DNA from: Phyllobates terribilis
Taxonomy: Eukaryota
DNA: 64,000 nt
Assembly: GCF_046119375.1 (NCBI RefSeq)
Contig: NW_027362771.1
Coordinates: forward strand, 261,764,001-261,828,000
Direction of reading: 5' to 3'
In this document: piece by piece, positions 28,817-40,800 of the stretch
Layout: each line of letters starts with the position of its first letter
How positions within the stretch are numbered: the first letter of the stretch is position 1
Position numbers and translations under genes: made by a program
The notes under the pieces: generated by a model
Database searches by the model: none
The model's input: only the letters and a program-made list of their open reading frames with translations
Told to the model about the DNA's origin: nothing

Positions 28817-31800
28817 GTACGTCCCGGCCAAACAAGCAGGTCCTGCAGCCTGTGGTGTGGGGTCATGTGTGCGTGGGATCGGCTCATGTACTGAGCGGGG
28901 GCGCTGAGACACATGGCGGTCGTGTAGGGAGCTGGGATAGTAATACTTCCATTATTAGCGGTTATACTGCTGCTGATTGGCTGCTTAGAGGAATTCTCCA
29001 CCTCTGTAGAGCAGTGATAAAGCTGCTTCCCGAGACTAGTCTTCTGCTGGCTTCCTTTAACACTTAATACAACACTATGGTATTAGCACGTCCATCTCTG
29101 CACAGTGTTACCTATGGTGTCCCAAGGCCATCCTGTGCTTTACTGCAAGTGATTGCTGTTTTCAAGGTGTTATCCTGCGCCTGCCATTCCCAAATTTAGG
29201 AGGGGAGAGGCGCTGCTGACATGTTATTTGCCGCCTGCCATGTATTAGCAGGTCATAGGCACGGGCGGCAGGTATCTCACACCTTTCTTGTTAAAGTGGT
29301 ATTATGCAAGATGGCAATTATTTAGGCAGGCCCAGCTCACTTCCCACATGTACAGAACGATGGGTAATAGATGGTCGTGTGCACATAGAACATCATTCTT
29401 CTCGGCAGCATATTACTATTTATACAGGAAAATCTGCAGCCAAGTACCATGATTTCAGAGCAAGTTTAAAGGGAATCTGTCAGTAGGCACAACCCCCCCC
29501 TAAGCTGTCTATATGGGCATGTAGGTCAAAGGAAGCTGAATAACATGATACCTGCGATCTGATGTCTTATTCCAGAGAAATCCATCTTTTATCACTTTAT
29601 ATAAATGGCCTCTTCCAGGCTATGAGGAGGACACTGCCTGGAAGATAACTCTGCCTCCAGAGCTTGTATTACATGAAGGGGGAGTTACCAATGTGAGACC
29701 AGGAACTAACACAGAACAGGAGAAATGAAATTTGTCTTCTTGCAAGCACATTTTTTTTGCTTCTCTCTCAGCTCTGTTGGATTGTAACAATATTACAACC
29801 CTGGCTGCCTGTGAGATGGAAGCTGGAGCTGAGAGGAACCTACAGATGTGTCAGGTATAATCACACACAGCTCTGCAGTGAGATCAGGAGAGCAGTGAGC
29901 GGCCATTACATATCACACTTCCATAGCCTGGAAGAGGTCATTTATATAAAGTGATAAAAGATGATTTATCCACAACAAGACATCTGATATGAGGTATACA
30001 GGGATCCCTCTCCTCAGCAGTCTATAACCTGTATGCCCATATTAAGGCTATGTGCCCACGATGCAGAAATGCTGCATATTTTTCCGCTTCTCCCTGGCAG
30101 GAAAAACGCATGCGGATTTTACGTGCTTTTTTCCCGCCAGGTAGAAGCGTTTGTCAAGCATTTTTGCATGCATTTCTGCATGCGGGTTATCAAGCGCTTT
30201 TCCAAGCTATTTTAGCATCACTTGGAAAAGTGCTTGACAACTTGGTCACACTATATAAATCCATGCAACTGGCATGGATTTATATAGTGTGACCAAGTAA
30301 TAGTTAAAAAAAAAAGAATAAGAATGGTAAAAAATAATGATTATACTTACCTTCCGATGGCCCCCGGTATCTTCTCTGCTCCGTCCGGTCTCCCCGGTGT
30401 CTCGCAGTGGTGTGAAAGGACCTGCGATGACGTCATTGAGTCATGTGACAGGTCACGCGACCGCCGACGTCAGCGGTCGCGTGACCTGTCACATGGCTCA
30501 ATGACGTCATGGCAGGTCCTCACACCACTGCAACCCGAACCAGAGACCGGAGGCGTCGCTGAGGAGGCCGGGGGACATCAGAAGGTAAGTATAATCTTTA
30601 TTTTTATTTTTAATTAATTTTTTTTTACAGGTACCATGGTACCCAGGTCTGGATGAGTCTCTCTTCTTCTCCAGGCCTGGGTACCATCCACACATTGAAA
30701 CGCTTAATATCCGTGTGTGCAAATGTGCTGACACGGATATTAAGCGTTTCAATGCAAGTCAGTGGCGGCAATTACGCTGCGTGTACGCAAAATTAATGGA
30801 CATGCGGATTATCATTGGGGACCATGGGGCACATATTACCAAGCGTTTTTTAAGCGTTTTCGCTGCGGAAAAACGCTTGAAAAACGCATAGTAGGCACGC
30901 TGCCTTATAGTTTAAATAGGTCAAATGTGGTGACAGATATCTTTTAGAAAAAATGCCACTGGCTCATTTGTTGGGTAATTGGTATCCTGTTTACTCTGGC
31001 TATTTATCGGGAAACAAACGTTCTTAAGGAATACTCATTCACGATAATCATGCAGTGGAAATACACCCTACAGCCACATTTAAGAGTCCATGGGTCATGT
31101 GCATGTTGTGTATTTGACTGTCTGGTGCCCCGAGACGAGGCTCGTTGGAGAGTAGATATTAACTTTTAGGATTGCTACTTCCTATAGGTAGCAGTAGAGT
31201 TCTAGTCCTCTTCCTCTCTGAAGAGACGATTTGGATATTTCCCAGAGGAGCATTGCAACTTAAAAGTCTCCTCACCTTGACATGTCACTCTCCGCAAGGA
31301 GAAAGATTACTCCTTGGATGATAAACATTGTAATGAATAAGAGAAGCTTTGCAATTATTTTTTTTTCCATGAGAAAATCACTGAAGAAATTCACATTGAC
31401 AGAAACCAAACACTGATGAAAATCTGATTCAAAACACTGATCGGACTGGTTTTTACGTACCAGCAAAAATCATTGACATCGGAGTAGAGTGTGTCCGCAA
31501 TACCTCCCTGCTGTGCAGCAGACCCATCGAGTGCCCGTGCTTCGTATTTTTAAAGCACCATTAATTCCATTTCTCTATACATGTGAAGAGTGATTACATA
31601 AATGTAATACACTTATAAAATACGGACTGGTACAGAGGGAGAGAAGACCATGCCCTCACAGTCTTACAATCTACACCAATAACAGGATGGCACATCCACT
31701 ATCCATCACAACTTACCCCACTTGTTTGCAAAACTGCATGCTGCTGATTCATGTGAAAAATTTGATGGATACCCCTTATTCAAACACTGTGCTGGCAAGC

Positions 31801-34800
31801 ATGGAGTTTCCCTGTTGGGTACACAGTTATGGCGAATCCAAATAGTTAAAAAAGACTGACGAGGAGGGGAATTCATCAAAAAAATGTCACATATCGAGAG
31901 TCAATGGATTCTTGAATTGAACACTTTGAGACCAAATGGCCTTAATAGTGAAATAGAGACGTTTGCATTCCAGTAACAAGACTGATTTACAGGTCACTAA
32001 CACTGATTGCCGGTAAAATTAACTGTTTGACCCTCCAGCTATATAAAAATTGCATTGTCTCTTGTGGACCATGCCTGAGGAAGAAAGGTGCCGCTTTTGA
32101 AACACGTTGGATTTGGTCCTTTTCAGCTGTGATCTTTGTGACTTCACGGAGTATCAGGTCACTGGAGTTCACCAAGGCAATCCGAGTTATGGAGACTTCA
32201 GCTCAGCCGGATGAGGATTTCAACGAGCACTGATCTTCTCAGATTCGCGCCGCCTGTATTTGAATTCAATGATCTCTGAACATCCTTACTACTCACGGTG
32301 GACTGAAGTAAGCATCTGTTGAATTCAGGATACCCAGAATACCCAAGTATCGTTACTTTTACGACTAATACGTTCAGATTTAAATTGTTCGTGCCACACT
32401 CTGACTACCACACTTATCAACCGTCTCTGTGTGATTCATGTCAGTGGTGGATGGTACTATCTAACATACTGATTACTCCCCTAAAGTTACCCACACAGAA
32501 GTCAGCAGTTTTTGTCAATGAACTCTTATACTTGTTAATATGGAGTTTATTTATTGACTCAAGCATGTGCTTTACTCGCCTCTGTGCACTTCTAGACCAA
32601 TAAACCTTATATTAATATAGTAGACTCACCTATATATGTGGATGAAGATTGAGTTTAGTGCAGCGTAACTTCACCTATTTATTGGGTACACGGTACATAT
32701 ATCTATCTCTCAACACAGTGCCCGTGCCCATACTCTAGTTCATGGATCCATATGAAAATAATTTTTTCCCATCTAATATATGTATTGCAATGTCAGCAAC
32801 GAAGAATAAGAGAGAAGGCAGCACTCACCATTTCAGTAAAAACATCTTAGTCCTTTTTTTTTCCTATGTGGGACTTGGACACGGTGTGCAGGTTTTGGAG
32901 GAATGCAGGGGGAGAAATAGGAGACTGGATGATGGCCGTTTCTCGCTGTAGTAGCGCTTCTACAGGTCCTGGTGCATTCCTCCAAAACCTGCACACCGTG
33001 TCCAAGTCCCACATAGGAAAAAAGGACTCAGGTGTTTTTACTGATATGGTGAGTGCTGCCTTCTCTCTTATTCTTTGTTGCTGATATTGAACAATCTCGT
33101 GGCAGAGCACCCAAGACATTTCAAAGTTATATTGTAAACTTTGGGTAATAATTGGGTCAGGCTATATTCACACCCTCAGTGGTGTAGTGCAGGTATACTT
33201 TTTTTTTTGTATACTATGTATTGCAATATTTATGCAAATTCTGTTATAGTGCAACATGACGTGGAAATTATTCGCAAGTATAAAATCCCCCTCTTGTGTG
33301 ATCCTCCCATAGCGTTATTTGGTTTGATTTTTTTTATCTTCATAGCAAAACGTGGACGTTGCTATCCAAACTTGCAGCTGGGAATAGATTTGAATACCAA
33401 GTGCCAGTGCATATATAAACAAACTATGTCACAATTTTGCCTAAGAACACTGACCTGAATAAAGAATGGTATCTAAATATCCTCTAAGAGTACCTTCTCC
33501 CAACGATCCGGGAGCAATTTGATGATGATCAATGTTTTTTCCAGCATGATGGAGACCATGTCACAAGGCAAAAGTGATAAACAAGTGGCTTGGTGAAAAA
33601 AACATTGAAATTTTGAGTCCAAGGCCAGGAAACTCTCCAGATCTCAATGCCATTGAGAACTTATGGTCAATCCTCAATGTAATGTCCAGCTCAATGGAAA
33701 GGGAGGCCACACCTTTATTTGCACAGAGTGCAAAAAAAAAGCTAACAAAAAAGTACATTCATGTGGTTCCCCATGGCTGTGTGTCCACTAGCCGGGTCTC
33801 AGTCCTTTTCAGCCCTTATCCACATGTATGTCAGCTATTAATATTAGAGGTTAGGACCGTCCCGTCACAAGTAGGGTCACCGTGACGTGGGGGAATGGCT
33901 CTTACATTTTATTTATCAAAATTATGTTAACTAAGCACCCTATATTATTATGATGCACTATTGCTGTTTATTTATTTACTGCACGGTATTTGCTTATGTT
34001 TTATCTTGGGTTTTGTCTGTTTAATGGTCAGTGTGAACATGCGCTTACACGCTGCATGCATACCAACTTATATTCCAATTCATCTCGGTATTTGTAAGCC
34101 AAAACCAGGAGTGGGTGAAAAATACAGAAGTGGTGAGGTGTTTCTATTATAATTGTCCTCTGATTGTACCACTCCTTGTTTTGGCTTACAAATACTGATG
34201 TAAAATGCTGGCCAGAAGCTGATATCCAGCTGCCAGGGAGAATTTCAAAAGTCTTGAAAAATAAGTCAACACTGTAAATATTGAGGCTTTGCATAAATTT
34301 CATATATTTATTGATAAAGGTTTAAAAATTTCTGAAATGATTATAATTGTACTTGAGAAACCATAGAAACATCTGACTAAAAGATATAAAAACACTGAAG
34401 CAACAAACTTTTTGAAAGCCAAAACTTTTGGTCACGACTGTGTATCTGGTGGTCAAAGGAACACTTGATACAATCCTGGCAACTAATACATGTTGCAGGG
34501 AGCCTCCTCTCCCTCTTTCATGTTTCTCTTTCTTGAAGAATATAAGGATTGCTTAAAGGGGTTTTCCCACGAACAAAAGTTAATTTTAATCAATAGATCT
34601 TGGAATAAAAATAAACTCCATAATTGGATGTGTTTAAAAAATAATGTTCCTGTGCTGAGATAATCTTATAAATGTGCCCCTGCTGTGTACTGTGTAATGG
34701 CTGTGTCTCATCGTACAGGGACAAGATCTGATCATACCACAGCTCCTGGGCAGGGGAGGGAAGAAAAAGAGTATACAGACAGGACAGCAGGGGATCACAG

Positions 34801-37800
34801 CTGATTATTTCTGTGAGGTAAAACATTGTTTTTGTGAGGTAAAACAATTCACTGCCTGTTTTTAAGCAATCAGCTGTGATCCCGTGCTGTAATGTCTGTA
34901 TATTCTCTTTTCCTTCCTCCCCTCAGGAGATGTGGTATGATCAGACCATGTTCCTGCACGGTCAGACACAGCCATTACACAGTACACAGCAGGGGGCATT
35001 TATAAGATTATCTCAGCACAGGAACATTTTTTTAACACATTCGATTGTGGAACTTATTATTATTCCAAGATCTATTGATTAAAATTAACTTTTGCTCGTG
35101 GGAAAACCCCTTTAAGTCTGCCAGAAAAGGAGTCACTTGTGCATGGACCCATATATCAAACCCTACAAAGCACCATTTTGAGTCAAATATAGTTTGAGTA
35201 ACTCGTAACAGTAATATAAAGTCATCATTTTATTGAATAACAAACTTACATTCATGAACATACATTAAAAATTCACCATGCTATTTAGCATTGGCGTATA
35301 AGGAAAATTCTTTTTTTATTTAGACAAGGTATCAGCGAGAAGCCAAAAATATATGAGATTAATGCATAGAACACAGATCAGGTGCAGCTTGGGGCACTGA
35401 ATTGGACAGGGAAGCACTCTGAGAAGGTAATAATCACAATGATGTGGTGCAACTGTTAAGCATTTTTTTCAAATTCACAATGAGTTACTATGATTTAATG
35501 TAGCGCTTGACTCTTGGGCCTTGACTAGTTTATTGCTGGATAATCTCTGTGATACACCCCATATATCTTTATCTCCCCACAGGAGTTTACCATTCTGATA
35601 TATATTGATCAGTTGATCATATTATACTATACATAAAGATCTTACAGTGTGGGGTGTGTCACACAGTCACCAGGACTAGTCAGATTATTTTAATGGGCTA
35701 TGACAATAAGCTGATGGACCAATGTGTACATTGTAGGCTGATAGCCTTAACTTTTGGAGACCTTTTTGATCCATTATAATAGATATAGTGACTACATGTG
35801 GTACTTGGACAGATATTTCGTAAAACAAGCTGCACCTGATCTGTGTTCTATGCATTAATCTCATATATTTTTGGCTTCTCGCTCTATGTCCTCTTGTTCT
35901 TGTCGTGAACCGTTACTGATACCTTGTCTAAATAAAAAAAGAATTTTCCTTATACGCCAATGCTAAATAGCATGGTGAATTTTTAATGTATGTTCATGAA
36001 TGTAAGTTTGTTATTCAATAAAATGATGACTTTATATTACTGTTACGAGTTACTCGGACTATATTTGACTCAAAATGGTGCTTTGTAGGGTTTGATAATC
36101 GTGAGTCTTTGTGGTTATCTATGATGTGGCTTGTTCTGGATTTTTCTGTTCTCTATGGACCCATATATGTTGTCCATACGTCCTAATAGGACATATGGAG
36201 AGGACTGTCCTTTTCAGACAGGTTCCCTATACAGAGGTTATCAGTCTGATACTGTACTGTATGTTATAGGGCCTTTCCACTTTAAGAAAAGCTCCAAAGG
36301 AATGATCTTGATGGTTTGTGTCGTCTAATTCAGCAAAGCCGCTGACTTTAGTGATTGGCTGCAGCGCTGATGTGCGCTGTTAATGTGACCGTGGGCAGCC
36401 AAAACACGGAGACTGGAATAGCAATGGAGTTAGCTCTGGACAGTGGGAGGGTGAGTACTCAGAGTTTGTTGGTTTACAAATATGCAATGCCTTGAGGACT
36501 ACTTTTCATAAAGTGGAAACCCCCTTAAATGCAGTGCTCGACACAGCCTTTGTGTGATGAAGAACATCAGCGTAACAGGTTCCCTTTAAGTAGAAATAAC
36601 CTCTTCCATTGTAACAGAACAGGTATCATACATAGGTGGCTAACATAGTTATTTAATTTGCGTGACATAACCTCATGCAGAATCTGACCGTTCTTTCCTA
36701 GTTTTTTTGTGTTTCCTAACCTTCCTGTGTATTTTCTGTGTTATGGCAGCCTCATTGCTGTGTCAGGTTGAACCAGTGGGACGATGGTTTGAAGCTTTCA
36801 TTAAGCGCAGGAACAGAAATGTGTCTGCCTCCTTTCAGGAGCTGGAGGATGAGAAGGAGAGCTCTGAAGAGTCTGAGGATGAAGAGTTTCAGATAGAGGA
36901 ATTTGCACTATTGAAAACCCTTGATCCTAAAGACTGGAAGGTTAGTATGAATGTATCATTGCATAACAGAAGGTGAAGTAACTTTTTGTATAGTACATTT
37001 TGCCTTATTTATGTTCAGAGAACTTGTTGATAAGAAAATGTGCTTTTGTATTTCTCTCTTTTTTTTTTTTCAATAGAACCAAGACCATTACGCAGTGCTT
37101 GGACTGAAGAACCTGAGGTATAAGGCTACGCAGAAACAGATTAAAGCAGCACGTAAGTTAAAAGGAAACTATTGTGCTGTGGATGAATGGCTGTGCACAC
37201 TTTTTCTGCTTTTGCTAATGTGTAAGAGAATGTGTTTTAATCCTTTGTATAAAGGAAGAAAGTGTTCAGTAAGAACCTCTCCTTTTCTTTAAAATGAGTG
37301 TTCAACCTCGAATAGCATTTTTTAGACTTTAGGCTCTATGTTCTGATTGATTTCTCTTTTTCTGTTAGCAGTTGAAGCTTTGCTTTTGTAATACAGAGCT
37401 CCAAATCCCCTGCATAGAGCGAAATCTAAACTGTACAGCACTCTGGCTTCCAGCAGCCATTACTTGAGGGAGCATACTATTAGACATTTGAAGAGGTTGT
37501 CTGAAACCTAATAGTCATTGTCTGTCTAATTTTAAAAACTAAGCACTTTTGTCATTTACATCAATTGAAAATTATATTCACACCTACAAAAGAGAGTAAA
37601 GCTAAGTGCCCACGATGCAGAAATTCTGCATATTTTTTCCGCTTCTCCCTGGCAGGAAAAACGCATGTGGATTTTAAATACGGTTTTCTCGCCAGGTAGA
37701 AGCGTTTGTCAAGCGTTTTTGCATGCATTTCTGCATGCGGGTTATCAAGCGTTTTTCCAAGCGATTTTAGCATCACTTGGAAAAGTGCTTGACAACTTGT

Positions 37801-40800
37801 TCACACTATATAAATCCATGCAACCGGCATGGATTTATAGTAGTGTGACCAAATTAGTTAAAAAAAAAGAATAAGAATGGTGAAAAAATAAATAAATAAA
37901 TAAAGTTTATACTCACCTTCTGATGTCTTCCCGGTGTTTTGTCTGCTCCGTCCAGTGTCTTGCACTGCTTGCGGGGGTGTGAAGGACCTGCGGTGACGTC
38001 ATTGTGCCATGTGATGGGTCACATGACTCAGTGACGTCATGGCAGGTCCTTCACATCAACGCGAACATTGCAAGACACCGGACGGAGCAGACAAAACACC
38101 GGGAAGACATCAGAAGGTGAGTATAAACTTTATTTTTTATTTTAAATTCTTTTTTTTACAGTTTCTATGGTACCCAGGTCTGGATGAGAGTCTTCTCTCC
38201 TCCAGATTTGGGTACCATCCGCACATTGAACCGTGTGATATCCGCATGTGCAAATGCAGTGATGCGGATGTCACGCGGTCCAATGCAAGTCAATGGCGGC
38301 GATTACGCCGACCTTCCGCAAAATTAATGGACATGCTGCAGATTTTTGAGCGCAGCATAAACGCTGCGGAAAAATCCGCAACATGGGCATTGAAAGTGGG
38401 GCTTGTCATTGGGGACCATGGGGGACAGAGTACCAAGCGTTTCCCAAGCGTTTATGCTGTGGAAATTCCGCAGCATAAACGCTTGTAAAACGCTACGTGG
38501 GCACCCAGCCTAATAGCATAAATAATGGACTAGTAAATAAGTCAGCTGTAAAGATACAGAAACATAATAACACCTACACAAGACCGATAATGAAATATTA
38601 AAATAATCTTTGTTTGAAAACAAAGTGGACAAGACACAAATTAAATTCATATACCACAAAAAAGACAAGATAAAATAAATAAAGGAGGAATACAGCGCAA
38701 AAATGATGTCAATATATAGTAAAGAGTGACCCAGACAAAATAATCAGATAGAAGATCCTATAGACCTTGTTAAAGATCAGAAGTGCTTGGTTCCTGATAT
38801 CCTGATCTATAAATATAGTAGTCAAAGAAAGTGCAGAGTGCAAAACTATGAATGTAGAAATACAAAAAATAAAGTGCCAGTGCACAACTGGCCCTTAATC
38901 ATACTTCCAGTTACTTTTTTAAAGTAGTAGCAGGTACAGAAAGCTCTCCATGGCTGTGATGTGGATTTAGAGCTCTGCATCTCAAAAACAGAATTCCCTA
39001 TGCTATCAAAATGTATTTTAAGGGCAGAGTTCTGGACCTTAGAGCGATGCTTCAATAATGTTTGAAAATTTGAATATACATGTGAAATGTGTATTCAGCA
39101 TACCTGCTGTCTATATTTTTAATTAGCTTGTAGTTGTTTCTTCATTCTGGAGCCCCAATTGCATCTTCCTAAATTAGCCGCCATGGTCTGTGACTTCTGT
39201 GGGAAAAGTGGTCTTAGAAGTCACAGTTACCCAGAATTCAGGATCATTGGAAAGTGGAGCACTGGGCATGTGGACTAGACATTTGAATTTACATGGCCAA
39301 ATTTCAATGTAGACTTGAAGGATCACTTTAAAAACAATATGGTGTTCAAAAAATAGAGATTCAATATAAGACATGAATTGAGCTCTGCGGAATAACTGTT
39401 ATTTCTTATTTGTGGCCAGATAAAGCAATGGTTTTGAAACATCACCCTGACAAAAGAAAAGCAGCAGGAGAGCAAATTGTCGAAGGTGATAACGATTATT
39501 TCACATGTATTACTAAAGGTAAGCTTTCCATGTAATCAACCTTCATTGATGTTTTAAAGGCAATGGACACCTTCTAAGGCTATGTGCCCACGTTGCAGAA
39601 ATGAAGCAGAAAATTTCTGCTTCATTTCTGCAATTAAAAACGCATGCGGAATTCCGCACGCGTTTATCGTGCAATTGCCACATGCGGAATTGCCTTGCGT
39701 TTTTTAATGCATTCCAAAAGGCAATTCCGCTTGCGGAAACGCAAAATTAATGAACATGCTGCGGATTTTTGAACGCAGCATAAACGCTGCGGAAAAATCC
39801 GCAGCATGTGCATAGAACTTGCGGAATCCCCTTGGGGACCATGGGGTGCGGATTACCTAGCGTTTAACAAGCGTTTCCGCTGCGGAAATTCCGCAGCATA
39901 AACGCTTGAAAAACTCTACGTGGGCACGCAGCCTTAGTGTAAAAAATGTTAATAGAACAACTAGCCTTTGTAAGAATAATTTTGAGTTAAAAAGTTGTAC
40001 TATGTTTAAGGCTTCTACTTCATTCATTTTTAGTTCCCCATGATATGCAGTTTACAAGCTGCTCCTAGAGCAGACTTTTTTCACTGTCTCTCCCAGTAAT
40101 ACATGGTGGATGTGAGGTCTGTGTTGTGTGTTGGATGCTGCTGTCTGCATTCACTCTCATGTATCAGCACAGATCATTCCTGCACTGCTTTTTCCTTTGA
40201 CAGTCCAAGGACTGCATCTCTGCTCCCCCCCCCCCCCCCCCGTACTGGACAGAAACTGATGCAGCACTACACATATATCTCGTGGCTGGCACCCTATAGA
40301 TGCCTTGGGTGCCTGTCCAGGACTAAACCATTGATGACATATCCATCAGATAGTTCATCAATACAGATGGGGGGGTTGGGGGGGTCATGCTTTTTTTTAT
40401 ATCTCTTTGAATACTTTTTTGCTGGACTAATGATTATAATTTTTACAAAGATTAAAAAATATATATTCCTAGAATTGTCTAAGCCTAATGTATTAATATT
40501 TATCCATTCTGTGCTGTTTGTTTTAGCAAATGAAATTTTATCTGATCCTGTGAAGCGACGAGCCTTCAACAGTATTGATCCCACCTTTGATAATTCTGTC
40601 CCCTCAAAAAGTGAGGGAAAAGACAACTTCTTTGAAGTGTTTTGTTCTGTGTTTGAGAGAAATAGCAGGTAAGAAATGTATAACTGAAAATGAAAGCTGG
40701 GTCTCTATATTTCAATGTAAAATGATTCATATGATGTGAACCTACTTAGCTGAACTCTTTAAGCTTTGTAATTGGCTGGATATGCCCACTTATCCAATCA

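Noticed and set aside
28477-29067. Several ORFs around DNAJC2 exon 1
   Set aside because: CpG-island by-products; the donor at 28817 ends the real exon.
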